A DNA stretch of 64,000 nt from Lachnospiraceae bacterium. Its GTDB lineage: Bacteria > Bacillota > Clostridia > Lachnospirales > Lachnospiraceae. Location: assembly GCA_015057585.1 (NCBI GenBank), contig SVEF01000013.1:27054-91053 (forward strand), in the 5' to 3' direction. Both the position numbers and the translations under genes were made by a program. The notes beneath the pieces are model-generated. The model did no database searches. It worked only from the letters and a program-made list of their open reading frames with translations, and was not told where the DNA came from. Shown here in pieces: positions 29,423-41,072 of the stretch (positions are counted from its first letter, which is position 1; each line of letters begins with the position of its first letter).

Positions 29423-30928
29423 ATGTTCAAATTGTTTGTTAACACAAAAAATCAGGTGGGGCACATCAATCCGGAACTGCAGGGACATTTTTCAGAGCAC
29501 CTGGGCAGATGTATTTATGAAGGACTTTATGTTGGAGAGAATTCAGAAATCCCGAATACCAACGGAATGAGAAATGATGTGGTAGCAGCATTAAAAGAAA
29601 TGAAGATTCCGGTTCTTCGCTGGCCGGGCGGATGTTTTGCAGATGAATATCACTGGAAAGATGGTATCGGCCCGAAAGAGACAAGAAAGAAAATGATTAA
29701 CACACACTGGGGCGGTGTGGTAGAAGATAACAGCTTTGGTACCCATGAGTTCATGGAACTGTGCAGACAGCTTGGATGTAAGACTTATGTCAACGGAAAT
29801 TTAGGAAGCGGTACCGTGCAGGAGATGAGCGAGTGGGTGGAGTATATGACCTTTGACGGAGTTTCTCCGATGGCTTCGCTTCGTGAACAAAACGGAAGCA
29901 AGGATTCCTGGACCGTAGATTACTTTGGTGTAGGAAATGAAAACTGGGGTTGCGGCGGCAATATGACACCGACTCATTACGGAAATGAATATCGCAGATA
30001 TCAGACTTACGTAAGAAACTATCATCACGACCGTCCGATTTATAAAATCGCGTGCGGTGCAAATGTCGATGATTACAACTGGACAGATAAAGTGATGGAA
30101 ACCTGCTTTGCGGGGGCTCCTTGGATGCATGGCTTTATGGATGGAATTTCCCTTCACTATTATACGCATCCGGAAGGTTGGGAGATTAAGGGAAGTGCAA
30201 CCGACTTTGATGAAAAAGTATGGTATAAGACCTTAAAGAAGACCATGTATATGGAAGAACTGATTGAAAAGCATGGGGCTATCATGGATAAGTACGATAA
30301 GGATCACAAGGTTGGCATGATTGTGGATGAATGGGGTACCTGGTTTACCTGTGAACCGGGTACCAATCCGGGCTTCCTTTATCAGCAGAACACCATGCGT
30401 GATGCACTGGTTGCCGGAATTAACTTAAATATCTTTAACAAACACTGTAACAGAGTTAAGATGGCAAACATCGCACAGCTGGTGAATGTATTACAGTCGG
30501 TAATTCTGACCGAAGGTGAAAAGATGATTCTCACACCGACGTATCATGTATTTAAAATGTTCAGTGCACATCAGGATGCAGAACTTTTAGAAAGCCGCGT
30601 AGAGACAGAGACGATTGGTCTGGAAGATGAGTACATGGTTCCTAACGTAACGGAATCCGTATCTCTTGGCAAGGATGGAAAGGTTCATATTACGATGAAC
30701 AATCTTTCCGTTGAGAAAGCGTATGAGATTGAAGGTGAGCTCGCCGGCGCAGAAATTTTAGAAGTAGAGGGTACGATTCTTACCAATGAGATGCATGCGC
30801 ACAATACATTTGATGCGCCGGATACGGTACATACAACAGCATTTAACGATTGTAAGGTTGCGGACGGCAAACTGGTATTTACAATTCCTGCCTGCAGTGT
30901 ACTGCACCTTGCGGTTACGGTGAAATAA
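29423..30928 (+). CDS. abfA: Intracellular GH51 alpha-L-arabinofuranosidase
   Basis: VLRWPGGCFADEYHW and GVGNENWGCGG GH51 signatures. GGAGG RBS. About 500 aa with no signal peptide. Confidence 0.85.
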   Translation: MFKLFVNTKNQVGHINPELQGHFSEHLGRCIYEGLYVGENSEIPNTNGMRNDVVAALKEMKIPVLRWPGGCFADEYHWKDGIGPKETRKKMINTHWGGVVEDNSFGTHEFMELCRQLGCKTYVNGNLGSGTVQEMSEWVEYMTFDGVSPMASLREQNGSKDSWTVDYFGVGNENWGCGGNMTPTHYGNEYRRYQTYVRNYHHDRPIYKIACGANVDDYNWTDKVMETCFAGAPWMHGFMDGISLHYYTHPEGWEIKGSATDFDEKVWYKTLKKTMYMEELIEKHGAIMDKYDKDHKVGMIVDEWGTWFTCEPGTNPGFLYQQNTMRDALVAGINLNIFNKHCNRVKMANIAQLVNVLQSVILTEGEKMILTPTYHVFKMFSAHQDAELLESRVETETIGLEDEYMVPNVTESVSLGKDGKVHITMNNLSVEKAYEIEGELAGAEILEVEGTILTNEMHAHNTFDAPDTVHTTAFNDCKVADGKLVFTIPACSVLHLAVTVK

Positions 30929-30941
30929 AAGGAGGTTCTCC

Positions 30942-33899
30942 ATGTTAAGGAAAAGAGTAAGCAAAGTGCTGGCGCTGATGCTTGCCATGGCCATGGTACT
31001 GCCGTTTGCAGACCCCGCCGGTGCAATCAAAGCATCTGCTGAGACCACAGCACAGAATACGGGAAAAACAGAATATACCGTAGAACGCTTAAGTACCGGA
31101 TACTCCACGGTGAGTCAGTCCTACACTGCCAAGCAGTATACCGGAAAAGAAGTAGAATACCGGATGGATGATATATTGGCAGAGAAGTTCCGTAACCTGT
31201 TGACGGAAGAATCGAAGGGCTATGCAAATGCCGTAGCACAGATTGCAGCAGGCGATACCCTTGAGATGACTATTGAGGTGCCGGAGACAGCTCTCTACTG
31301 GATAGAATTTGATTATCTTTCTTATGATACTTCGATTCTTCCGATTGAACTGTCCTTAAAGGTAGATGGTGCGTTCCCGTTTTACGAAGCACGAAACTTA
31401 AAGTTTGAAACAACCTGGATTACCGACGGAAAAACCGATTTGGACCGCTACGGAAACGAAATTGTGACGTTGCCGGACAAGGATATGTCCTGGGAGAGTA
31501 AGTATCTGATGGATGCCAGTTACCGTTACAGTGAGCCGCTTTTGGTTTCTCTGAAAAAGGGCACTCATACACTTACGGTGGAGATGAGCGAAGGAACGGT
31601 ACTCTTAGGAAATATCCGGTTGGTTGCACCGGAGAGTATTTCAGAATATGAAGGTTCTAAAGCAGCAGAAGGTAAGGAACTGATTGAGATTGAAGCAGAG
31701 GACTTTTATCAGAGAAATGACTCCTCGATTCATGCGGTTGGAGAGTATGATTCTTCCTTAAGCCCGCTGTCGTCGAAGGAAAAGGTGTTAAATATTTTGG
31801 ACGGCGATTCTTTTAAGACAGCCGGACAAACGGTTACATATCAATTTGAAGTGACAAAAGCAGGATATTATAACATCGGAATGAATTATCGTCAGACCGA
31901 TAAAAATAATTTCCCGGTTTACATGGATTTTGCAGTGGACGGCAGTATCCCGAATACTGCATTTCAGTCGTATCCGGTGGCGTATACCACAAAATTTAGG
32001 AATATGACATTAAAGGATACGGATAAGAATCCTTTGAGTGTGTATCTGACGGAAGGAAAACACACGATATCGCTTACCATCAGTGCGGAATATTTACGAC
32101 ATGCACTGGAAGAAGTAGACGACATTATGAACGGCATCAATGATTTATCCTTAGAGGTAACCAAAGTTGCCGGTACAAATAAAGATAAGTACAGAGATTT
32201 GAAACTGACCCGGTACATTCCGGATGTACAGACCAGAATTTACGGTTGGGTAGACCGCCTGAACGCACTGGCAGAGGAAGCGGCAGCGCTGACCGGAGCA
32301 AAGAGTGGGGAAGATGTTGCGGCATTTGCATATCTGCTGATTGCTGCGAAGCAGTTAAAGACGTTGGGGGATGAGCCGGACGAATTGATTTACCGTGTGG
32401 CAGAATTGTCTACCAGTGTGAACTCCATCAATACCCAGATTGCCAACTTTGTAGATATTGTGAATAATAACAGGGTTTCCATTGACCGGATTTATGTTTA
32501 CCAGGAAGATGCAAAGCTTCCGAAGGGCTTAAACTTCTTCCAGTCCATCTGGATGGCAGTACAGCGTTTCTTCTATTCGTTCTTTGGCCAGTCCTATTCG
32601 GCAAGTAATACGAATGAAGAACACATACAGGTCTGGGTGAACCGTCCGCGTCAGTATGTAGAAATCATGCAGAAAATGATTGACGAGCAGTTTACACCGG
32701 CTACCGGAATTGAGGTGGATTTATCCCTCATGACCGATGCCAACAAACTGGTCCTTTCCAATGCTTCCGGAGACACACCGGACATTGCAACCGGTATCAA
32801 TTACGCAATTCCGTTTGAACTCGGTATCCGCGGTGCGCTGGTTGACCTAACAAAGTTTGATAATTACAAAGAAATTTTCGGCAGATACAGCGAAGGTATT
32901 TTAGTGTCCTCCATTATCGGAGACAGCCTGATTTCTCTTCCTGAAACCATGAATTTCTATGTTATGTTCTATCGGAGTGATGTGCTTGAGAAAATCGGAC
33001 TTGAGGTTCCGGAAACGTTAGATGAACTCGTTGCCATCCTTCCGGATTTACAGATGCGAGGTTTAAATGTATATTATCCGACCGCATCCATGCTTGCGAT
33101 GAGAAACTTCCACGGAACGACACCGATTCTGTTCCAGAATCAGGGTAAATTGTACGGACGTACCGCACTTGAGGTTGCGGTGGACAGCGAAGAGACGATT
33201 GAAGGGTTCACGCAGCTGACAGAACTGTTTACGATTTATAACATGCCGGTAGACGTACCAAACTTCTATCAGCATTTCAGAAACGGCGACCTGCCGATCG
33301 GTATCGCGGATTTCGGTGCTTATAACCTGATATTAAATGCAGCACCGGAAATTGCAAACTCCTGGGAAATTGCATTGATTCCGGGTGTTCAGGATGAGGA
33401 AACCGGTGAAATTTACCGTTACATGTCCGGCGGTGCGGAAAGTACGGTAATGTTTGCATCGAATGAGGAAAGAGAACAGCAGGCATGGGAGTTTATGTGC
33501 TGGTGGTCTTCGGCAGAGGTTCAGGCAGAATTCGGACAGATGTTGCAGATTATGTACGGAGATGAATACATCTGGCCGACGGCGAACTTAGAAGCATTCT
33601 CGATGCTGCCGTTTCCAACTTCGGATAAGAATGTCATCATGAAGCAGGCAGAAAATATTTTAGAGGCACCGAGATTACTCGGCAGTTACATGCTGGAACG
33701 TGAAATGAGTAATGCATTTAACGATGTTGTGGTAAACGGAAAAAATCTCCGTTCCAGAATCGATGATGTAGTAAAGGCAGTAGAGCGTGAAACAAAACGC
33801 AAACTGGAAGAGTTCGGATACATTGACAGTGAAGGAAACGTACTGAAGGAATACGAAGTGCCTTCCGTAGAAAAAGTCAGGGAAATCCTCGGCCGTTAG
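30942..33899 (+). CDS. Very large (985 aa) secreted solute-binding protein: N-terminal ~540-aa beta-sandwich/CBM-like region fused to a family-1 sugar ABC binding domain
   Basis: Signal peptide. The C-terminal half resembles SBP_bac_1 ([16 protein letters not shown]...). Followed directly by two permease genes. Confidence 0.6.
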   Translation: MLRKRVSKVLALMLAMAMVLPFADPAGAIKASAETTAQNTGKTEYTVERLSTGYSTVSQSYTAKQYTGKEVEYRMDDILAEKFRNLLTEESKGYANAVAQIAAGDTLEMTIEVPETALYWIEFDYLSYDTSILPIELSLKVDGAFPFYEARNLKFETTWITDGKTDLDRYGNEIVTLPDKDMSWESKYLMDASYRYSEPLLVSLKKGTHTLTVEMSEGTVLLGNIRLVAPESISEYEGSKAAEGKELIEIEAEDFYQRNDSSIHAVGEYDSSLSPLSSKEKVLNILDGDSFKTAGQTVTYQFEVTKAGYYNIGMNYRQTDKNNFPVYMDFAVDGSIPNTAFQSYPVAYTTKFRNMTLKDTDKNPLSVYLTEGKHTISLTISAEYLRHALEEVDDIMNGINDLSLEVTKVAGTNKDKYRDLKLTRYIPDVQTRIYGWVDRLNALAEEAAALTGAKSGEDVAAFAYLLIAAKQLKTLGDEPDELIYRVAELSTSVNSINTQIANFVDIVNNNRVSIDRIYVYQEDAKLPKGLNFFQSIWMAVQRFFYSFFGQSYSASNTNEEHIQVWVNRPRQYVEIMQKMIDEQFTPATGIEVDLSLMTDANKLVLSNASGDTPDIATGINYAIPFELGIRGALVDLTKFDNYKEIFGRYSEGILVSSIIGDSLISLPETMNFYVMFYRSDVLEKIGLEVPETLDELVAILPDLQMRGLNVYYPTASMLAMRNFHGTTPILFQNQGKLYGRTALEVAVDSEETIEGFTQLTELFTIYNMPVDVPNFYQHFRNGDLPIGIADFGAYNLILNAAPEIANSWEIALIPGVQDEETGEIYRYMSGGAESTVMFASNEEREQQAWEFMCWWSSAEVQAEFGQMLQIMYGDEYIWPTANLEAFSMLPFPTSDKNVIMKQAENILEAPRLLGSYMLEREMSNAFNDVVVNGKNLRSRIDDVVKAVERETKRKLEEFGYIDSEGNVLKEYEVPSVEKVREILGR

Positions 33900-33925
33900 T
33901 GGCTGCAATCAGAGAGGGGAAAGAA

Positions 33926-34843
33926 ATGAGCAAACCAAAAATGAGGTCAAGAGTGGCCAGAAAATCACAATTCAATAAAGCAGGATATGTGTTTCTGAGT
34001 CCTTATATGATACTGTTTGCAACCTTTATCCTGGCACCGGTAGTCATGGCGGTTATTTTATCCTTCACAAACTTTGATACCATCCAGTTTCCGAAGTTTG
34101 TCGGATTTTTAAACTACATCAACTTACTTACCAGTGATGAAGTGTTCATGCAGTATGTTTTGCCGAATACGGTAAAATATGCATTGATTGTCGGCGTTGG
34201 CGGGTATGTACTTGCATTTTTACTGGCCTGGGCGCTGGCGAATATGACAAAATGGCCGAGAACCATTTTTTCATTGATTTTATATTCTCCGAGTATGACT
34301 GCAGGTGTTGCAATGTCGGTACTTTGGAAGATTATGTTTACCGGTGACCAGACCGGATATATCAATAGCTGGCTGATGGATATCGGCATCATCAATGAGC
34401 CGATTATCTGGCTGACCAACGCGGATTATCTGCTTCCGATTGTTATTATCATCGGTCTTTGGAGCAGCATGGGTGTCGGTTTCTTATCCATTTTGGCAGG
34501 TCTGCTAAATGTGGATGAAACCCTGTACGAAGCAGCAGCAATTGACGGTGTCAAGAATCGTTTCCAGGAAATGATTTACGTAACGATTCCGAGTATGAAA
34601 CCACAGATGCTGTTCGCAGCGGTAATGCAGATTGTCGGAGCATTCCAAAACGGTTCCGTCAGTGCGATGCTTGCCGGTAATCCGACACCGGGGTATGCGG
34701 CACAGTTGATTGTAAACCATATTGAAGATTACGGATTTATCCGTTATGAAATGGGTTATGCAGCAGCGGTTTCCGTAGCACTTCTGTTGATTGTACAGGT
34801 ATTCTCAAAGATTAGTACAAAACTCTTTGGCGAAAAGGACTAG
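33926..34843 (+). CDS. Sugar ABC transporter permease (LplB/MalF-like)
   Basis: 6 TM helices with the EAA-like motif [18 protein letters not shown] at 33926 with an AGAGAGGGG RBS. Confidence 0.75.
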   Translation: MSKPKMRSRVARKSQFNKAGYVFLSPYMILFATFILAPVVMAVILSFTNFDTIQFPKFVGFLNYINLLTSDEVFMQYVLPNTVKYALIVGVGGYVLAFLLAWALANMTKWPRTIFSLILYSPSMTAGVAMSVLWKIMFTGDQTGYINSWLMDIGIINEPIIWLTNADYLLPIVIIIGLWSSMGVGFLSILAGLLNVDETLYEAAAIDGVKNRFQEMIYVTIPSMKPQMLFAAVMQIVGAFQNGSVSAMLAGNPTPGYAAQLIVNHIEDYGFIRYEMGYAAAVSVALLLIVQVFSKISTKLFGEKD

Positions 34844-34861
34844 GAAAGGAGGAAATCACAA

Positions 34862-35734
34862 ATGGCAGCATATAAGGGACACAGAATGAACCCGGATAAA
34901 TTTGAAAAAGGTCAGATTAAGTTGTATTTGTTTGTAATTCCTCTGGTTCTTATCACGGGATTGCCGATTATATTCATATTTTTCCATGCATTTAAGCCAA
35001 TGGAAGAGTTGTTCGCATTCCCGCCAAAGTTCATTACAACAAATCCGACGTTGGATAACTTCAGAAAATTGTTTAAAGCTTCCCGTTCTGCGGGAATTCC
35101 GCTCAGCAAATATGTATTTAATACTTTGCTGATTACGGTGAGTGTGGTGTTCTCCTCCGTAGTTCTTTCTTCGGCAGCTGCGTATGCAATGTCAAAGTTA
35201 AAGTTCATCGGAAGAGACCTGTCATTTAAAATTAACCAGCTGGCAATCATGTTTGTGCCGGTTGCAGTTATGATTCCAAGATATCTGGTGGTTGAGGTGC
35301 TTGGGTTGACCGACACCTACTGGTCACAGATTTTACCGCTGATTCCGCTTCCGGTCGCAGTATTCCTGTTAAAACAGTTCGTGGATACGGTTCCGGATTC
35401 GCTGATCGAAGCAGCGTATATGGATGGAGCGACAGAACTTCACGTGTTCACTAAGATAATTATTCCGATGATTAAGCCGGCGCTGGCAACCGCAGTGGTG
35501 CTGGTGTTCCAACAGGTTTGGGGAGCGCTGGAAGCGTCGAATTATTACATTAACGATGAGGGGCTAAAATCCCTTGCATTCTATATGAACACGTTGTCCA
35601 ATGCATCCAACGGCGTTGCCGGTCAGGGTATGCAGGCGGCGGCATCGTTAATCCTGTTTATCCCGAATCTGATTGTGTTCTGTATTTTGCAGAAGAACGT
35701 TATGAACACCATGGCACATTCGGGTATTAAGTAG
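34862..35734 (+). CDS. Sugar ABC transporter permease (LplC/MalG-like)
   Basis: 6 TM helices with EAAYMDGATELHVF. GGAAAGGAGG RBS. Confidence 0.75.
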   Translation: MAAYKGHRMNPDKFEKGQIKLYLFVIPLVLITGLPIIFIFFHAFKPMEELFAFPPKFITTNPTLDNFRKLFKASRSAGIPLSKYVFNTLLITVSVVFSSVVLSSAAAYAMSKLKFIGRDLSFKINQLAIMFVPVAVMIPRYLVVEVLGLTDTYWSQILPLIPLPVAVFLLKQFVDTVPDSLIEAAYMDGATELHVFTKIIIPMIKPALATAVVLVFQQVWGALEASNYYINDEGLKSLAFYMNTLSNASNGVAGQGMQAAASLILFIPNLIVFCILQKNVMNTMAHSGIK

Positions 35735-35750
35735 AAAGAAGGAGCAGCAT

Positions 35751-37802
35751 ATGAAAACAAAGAGAAATCGACTTTTTGTCTCACTGGTTGCACTTCTTCT
35801 TACCGTGGGACTGGGTTCTACTACAATGACAGCCCTTGCCGAGGCTCCGTATAAGACGTATACGGTGGATGGATATGGTTCCGTAACGGAGACGCAGACT
35901 GCGTATCTTCCGTGCGGCACCATCAACAAAATCGGCGATACCTTATTAAAGGCACCGACGGATTTTACGATTCTGTCCGACGGCACCATGTATATCCTTG
36001 ACAGCGGAAATAAAAGAGTTCTGATTACGGATATTGAAGGTAACTATTACGGCGAGTTCGGAAAGGATTACCTGGTCGGACCGCGTGGCATGTATGTGAC
36101 AGAGGACCGAATCTGTTATGTGGCAGACCGTGATGCGAGAACGGTCTGGGTTTTTAACGAAAAGGGAGAATTGATGAACTCCTACGGAAGACCGGATGAA
36201 CCGTTATACGGTGATACGCTGGATTTCCTGCCGCTTAAGGTGGTGGCAAATGATTCGGGTACCATTTATGTTATCTGTGAACAGAATACCAATGGTATTG
36301 TACAAATCAGCCCGACGGAGGGCGGAACGTTCCTTGGATATTTTGGTACCAATGCGACGAATGCGAATCTCTGGACGATTATCTGGCGTTCTTTGCTGAC
36401 AGATGTTGCAAGGGCGAAGATGGTAGGTAATCTGCCTGCGACTCCGGATAATATGGCAATTGATGAAAAAGGCCTGATTTATACGGTAACCAGGGGTGAG
36501 GGTGAGGCATCCTTGAAACGTTTGAACATTGCCGGCGGCAACATGATTGAACCGGACGCCTATGACGAGGTTCCGGCAGCGGTTGCAGTAGGTAATCACG
36601 ATAACGTATATGTACTTTCCCAGCAGGGATACATTTACGAGTATAACAATGATGGCGAATTGTTGTTTGTCTTCAGCGGAAGCGATGACGGACAGCAGAG
36701 AATGGGCCTGAGCATTAAGGCAGAGGCAATTCAGGTGGCAAAGGACGATAAGATTTACGTTCTTGACTCGGATAAGAGACAGATTCTGATCTTTGAACCA
36801 ACCGAGTTTACCAATCATCTGCACAACGCTTTGTACCTGTTTTCCAAAGGTCTTTATACCGAAAGCAAGGAGCCGCTCTTAGAAGTGCTTCGTATGAATA
36901 ACCTGTTTGACTATGCCAACATGGCAATGGGTAAGACCTTATATAAAGAAGGCAATTACGAAGAAGCACTCCGGTATGCAAAGCTTGCCAAAGATGCTGA
37001 CGGATACTCGGATGCATTCTGGGAAATCCGGAATGAGTGGTTAAAGAAGAATCTGGCGACGACATTCATTCTTTTGATCCTGCTTTATGTGGCAGTGAGA
37101 GTGATTGGTGTGTTAGATAAGAAAAAGCACATTTTAGACCCGGCAAGAGGAGCGGTAAATAAAATCCGGCAGAAACGTCTGGTGAAAGAAATCGGATACC
37201 TGTTTTACTTTATGAGACATCCGATTGACGGATGTTACGGAATCCGGAAGGAGCACAAGGTTTCGCTTCTTAGTTCCAACATTCTTCTTGCGGTTGGTAT
37301 TGTATTTTATATTATTAACAAATATTTTGTTGGTTTCCTTCAGAAAAACGTAAGAGAAGGACAATACGACATTTTTTCGGATATCGGTTTTATCCTGCTG
37401 GTACTGTTTTTGGTAGTCGGATGTAACTACCTGATGTGTACCATTAACGATGGTGAAGGTAAGTTAAAGCACATTTACTGTTCCTTCATCTACAGCTTCG
37501 GTCCGTATTTTGTAATACAGCCGGTGTTGTTTGCGTTCTCCCATGTGGTGACGTTTAACGAAGTATTTTTCATTCAGTTCGGTAGTTTGTGTATGCTTGT
37601 CTGGATTGGCGTGTTGGTTTTCATTTCCATAAGGGAAATCAACAACTACACAGTCAAGGAGACAGTAAAGATTATCGGACTGACGGTATTTACGATTTTA
37701 ATCGTTTGTCTGCTGGCATTTATCATTTATGTGTTATGGTCACAGGTATTTGATTTTATCCAGTCGATTTGCGGAGAGGTGGTGTATAAGCTTGGCAACT
37801 AA
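35751..37802 (+). CDS. Secreted NHL-repeat beta-propeller plus TPR protein with a C-terminal multi-TM (Yip1-like) membrane domain
   Basis: Signal peptide. Six repeats of the YVxDxxNxRVxxF type, TPR-like helices (YKEGNYEEALRYAKLAKD), then about 5 TM helices. Confidence 0.45.
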   Translation: MKTKRNRLFVSLVALLLTVGLGSTTMTALAEAPYKTYTVDGYGSVTETQTAYLPCGTINKIGDTLLKAPTDFTILSDGTMYILDSGNKRVLITDIEGNYYGEFGKDYLVGPRGMYVTEDRICYVADRDARTVWVFNEKGELMNSYGRPDEPLYGDTLDFLPLKVVANDSGTIYVICEQNTNGIVQISPTEGGTFLGYFGTNATNANLWTIIWRSLLTDVARAKMVGNLPATPDNMAIDEKGLIYTVTRGEGEASLKRLNIAGGNMIEPDAYDEVPAAVAVGNHDNVYVLSQQGYIYEYNNDGELLFVFSGSDDGQQRMGLSIKAEAIQVAKDDKIYVLDSDKRQILIFEPTEFTNHLHNALYLFSKGLYTESKEPLLEVLRMNNLFDYANMAMGKTLYKEGNYEEALRYAKLAKDADGYSDAFWEIRNEWLKKNLATTFILLILLYVAVRVIGVLDKKKHILDPARGAVNKIRQKRLVKEIGYLFYFMRHPIDGCYGIRKEHKVSLLSSNILLAVGIVFYIINKYFVGFLQKNVREGQYDIFSDIGFILLVLFLVVGCNYLMCTINDGEGKLKHIYCSFIYSFGPYFVIQPVLFAFSHVVTFNEVFFIQFGSLCMLVWIGVLVFISIREINNYTVKETVKIIGLTVFTILIVCLLAFIIYVLWSQVFDFIQSICGEVVYKLGN

Positions 37803-37803
37803 A

Positions 37804-40029
37804 ATGAATAAAGTCCTTTGTTTTCTTTTAGTGCTGACACTTGGTCTTGTGCCTGCCCTGGCACAGGAAAAACCGGTGGCGGAAGCAGCAAAAACCTCTG
37901 CGGAAACAGAAATGGAGACAAATGAAAAAGGATCCTGGAATGACTGGAAGACAACCCATAAGTTTGTAGCGGAAAACGATAAAATCCGTTTGTATGTAAA
38001 CGAAGAGAGCCTGGCACTTGTGGTAGAGGACAAAAAGACCGGCGCATATATGGAATCTTCTCCAAGTTACAACGACGGAAAAAATAACAAGACCTGGACG
38101 GCGTATTTGAATTCTGCTTTGATTCTTACCATGATCCGCGGAAACGATGATACGAAGCAGGCAGATTTGATCCGTGATGCGGTGGATAAAAAGATTACCT
38201 ATACCGAAGACGGATTTGAAGCAAAGGTGTACTGGACCAAGTATAAGTTTGGTATGACTTTAAAGGTAACATTGACAGAACAGGGCGTGACTGCATGGGT
38301 TCCGGATGAATCCATTGTGGAGGATGGCGAGGAGTACATGATCGGTACCGTCAGCATCTACCCATGTATGGGACTTTCCTATCTGGATTATAACGAAGGA
38401 TACATATTAATTCCGGACGGAAACGGAGCACTCATTTACCTGACGGATAAAGAAGGACGCTTTAATACCGGATTTACTTCGGTGGTATACGGAAGCGATG
38501 CAGGTTTTTCGGATACGTCAAGTGCTAACCTCTTATGGAATAAGTACCAGATGATTACCAAGGCAAATCAGATTATTGCACCGGTTTGGGGAATTGCCCA
38601 TACCGACATCGGCATGGCATATCTGGCTGTGATTGAAGAAGGTGCGGGACGGGCTTCCATCGAAGCAAATCCGAACGGTGTAACACTGGATTATAACCGT
38701 GCGTATGCAAAGTTTACACTCCGTAAGCTTTACACACAGCCGACCAGTAACAATACCTCCTCCGGCTCTTTCCACCTGGTGGAAGAAGATCGTAGCCATT
38801 CGGATTTGAAACTCCAGTTTTTATTCTTGACCGGAGACGAAGCAAATTATGCCGGTATGGCAAACGCATACCGCGAGTATCTTCTGGACAACGGTACATT
38901 ACAGAAAACGGAAGATATTTTCCGGACGAGAGTAGACTTTCTCGGAACGGAGAGAGAAGAGTTTATTATCGGTACCAAAGCGGTTGTGATGACAACGGTG
39001 GATGATATCTACAGAATTTATGAAGATTTAAAGGAAGCAGGAGTAACGGATCTTCTTTCCGTTTATAAAGGCTGGCAAAAGGGCGGTTTATGGGATATTC
39101 CGATTACGTCTTACAAGGCGGATAAAAAAATCGGAGGAACCGGGAAACTGACGCAGTTGATCAAAGATGCCAAGGAACAGGGTATTTCGTTTTACCTTTA
39201 TAACGAGGCACTCCGCATCAATCCGGATGAACAGAATGCGACCTTTAACGTAGTAAAGAAAGTAAATAAAAAGAAATATGAAGAATATACCTACAAGGAT
39301 GTCTATGAGAAAATGGCGTATCTGACTCCGGACAGAAGCGGCACTCTGTTAAAGAAATTTGCAGACAGCTACTTAAAGCAGGGAGTGGACGGTGTTTGTA
39401 TTGCGGGCATCACGAATACCATGTTTTCTTACTCCTACGGAGGAAAGTTCTATTCCAGATTTGACTGTGCGGACAGTTATGCGGTCACTTTGGCAGGCTT
39501 ACGTGACAGGCTCTCCCTGGTGCTTGAGCAGCCGTCGGCATACCTTTGGTCAGACATGGAAGCGTTTCTTGATATGCCGATGTATGCGTCGGATTATATT
39601 TACGAGGACGAAAGCGTACCATTCCTTTCGATGGTATTAAAGGGGATTGTTCCGGTATATTCGGAATATGTAAATTTTGAAGCAAACAAAGAAGAGTTTT
39701 TCTTAAAACTGGTGGAAACAGGAACGTATCCGTCCTTCTATGTAACGGAGGCAAGTTCGGCAGACCTGATTTATACCAACTCTTCGGATATATACAGCTC
39801 GCAGTATGATGTGTACAAGAATGAAATTGTAGAGTATACACAGAAACTGAAAGAAGTAAATAAGGCAGTAGAGGGTGCTGTAATTGAGAATCACGAGATA
39901 CTGGAAAACGGGGTACGCGTGGTATCTTACAGTAACGGCGTCCGGATTTATTTGAATTACAGCAGAAACAGCCAGACAGTGGATGGCCATAGCTTAGAAA
40001 GTATGTCCTATAAGGTGGTGAGCGAATGA
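37804..40029 (+). CDS. Large secreted hypothetical protein (741 aa), possibly a carbohydrate-active enzyme
   Basis: Signal peptide MNKVLCFLLVLTLGLVPALA. It sits between two transporter modules in the glycan locus. The family is unrecognised. The start has a weak RBS, which suggests translational coupling. Confidence 0.4.
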   Translation: MNKVLCFLLVLTLGLVPALAQEKPVAEAAKTSAETEMETNEKGSWNDWKTTHKFVAENDKIRLYVNEESLALVVEDKKTGAYMESSPSYNDGKNNKTWTAYLNSALILTMIRGNDDTKQADLIRDAVDKKITYTEDGFEAKVYWTKYKFGMTLKVTLTEQGVTAWVPDESIVEDGEEYMIGTVSIYPCMGLSYLDYNEGYILIPDGNGALIYLTDKEGRFNTGFTSVVYGSDAGFSDTSSANLLWNKYQMITKANQIIAPVWGIAHTDIGMAYLAVIEEGAGRASIEANPNGVTLDYNRAYAKFTLRKLYTQPTSNNTSSGSFHLVEEDRSHSDLKLQFLFLTGDEANYAGMANAYREYLLDNGTLQKTEDIFRTRVDFLGTEREEFIIGTKAVVMTTVDDIYRIYEDLKEAGVTDLLSVYKGWQKGGLWDIPITSYKADKKIGGTGKLTQLIKDAKEQGISFYLYNEALRINPDEQNATFNVVKKVNKKKYEEYTYKDVYEKMAYLTPDRSGTLLKKFADSYLKQGVDGVCIAGITNTMFSYSYGGKFYSRFDCADSYAVTLAGLRDRLSLVLEQPSAYLWSDMEAFLDMPMYASDYIYEDESVPFLSMVLKGIVPVYSEYVNFEANKEEFFLKLVETGTYPSFYVTEASSADLIYTNSSDIYSSQYDVYKNEIVEYTQKLKEVNKAVEGAVIENHEILENGVRVVSYSNGVRIYLNYSRNSQTVDGHSLESMSYKVVSE

Positions 40030-41072
40030 GTAGAAAAACTGAAAAACAGCCAAAGCCGAAGATTAAAATCGGCAAGCTCGAAAAACGGGAAGCCAGGGCC
40101 GGTTATTTCTTCGTCGCTCCGTGGATTATCGGCACGATACTTTTTCTGCTGATTCCGCTGGGACAGTCCTTTTACTATATGTGGTTTAATATCCGCATTA
40201 CGCCGAAGGGCTATGCATTCAATTACATCGGAGCACAGAATTTCTCGCAGATTTGGTTAGAAAATCCGGAGTTTCCGCAGCAATTGGTAACCTACATCTG
40301 GCAGACGCTTCTCGAAGTGCCGATCATTGTAGTATTCGCACTCATGATTGCCATGATGTTAAACGGAAAGATCAAGTGCAGGGCATTGTTCCGTCTGATC
40401 TTTTTCCTGCCGGTTATTATTGTATCCGGTCCGGTTATGAATATGTTGGTCAGTGAAGGCGCGGCAGCAATTCCGGCGATGAATATCCAATCCATCATTT
40501 CGGCGTTTGACCGTGTGCTTCCGACTTCGATAGCACAGTCTGTCGGAGAAATGTTTGCCAACATGATTATGATTTTATGGTATTCCGGCGTCCAGATTTT
40601 GATTTTCCTTTCTGCATTGCAGAAAGTGGACCCGGCACTGTATGAAGCAGCAAAAATTGACGGCGGTTCCAGTTGGGAATGTTTCTGGAAGATCACACTT
40701 CCGACCATGAAACCGATGTTGTTACTTAACGCAGTCTATACCGTAATCTTCTTATCCGGTAATGAGCAGAACACATTGATTACGATGATTGAGTCGGCAA
40801 TGTTTTCGGGAACCGTGGAAAAGGGTTACGGATATGCATCCGCAATGGCATGGATGTATGCAGTAGTCATTACATTGATTGCAGCGTTGTTCTTCCTGTT
40901 GCTTGGTTCTAAAAAGGACGTCTATGACCGCAAGGCAAAGAAGTTCAAACAGGAACAGAAGAAGGAAGAACGTATGAGAAGAAGGGTAAGAAGGAGGGGA
41001 GAACGTCATGCAAAGAAAGTCGCGCGCCACTCACGCAGATACACGACCTATGACGGTAGCGGAGACTATTAA
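40026..41072 (+). CDS. Sugar ABC transporter permease (MalF-like) with an unusual Lys/Arg-rich C-terminal tail
   Basis: 6 TM helices with EAAKIDGGSSWECFWKI, and a tail KKFKQEQKKEERMRRRVRRRGERHAKKVARHSRR. Confidence 0.7.
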   Translation: MSRKTEKQPKPKIKIGKLEKREARAGYFFVAPWIIGTILFLLIPLGQSFYYMWFNIRITPKGYAFNYIGAQNFSQIWLENPEFPQQLVTYIWQTLLEVPIIVVFALMIAMMLNGKIKCRALFRLIFFLPVIIVSGPVMNMLVSEGAAAIPAMNIQSIISAFDRVLPTSIAQSVGEMFANMIMILWYSGVQILIFLSALQKVDPALYEAAKIDGGSSWECFWKITLPTMKPMLLLNAVYTVIFLSGNEQNTLITMIESAMFSGTVEKGYGYASAMAWMYAVVITLIAALFFLLLGSKKDVYDRKAKKFKQEQKKEERMRRRVRRRGERHAKKVARHSRRYTTYDGSGDY

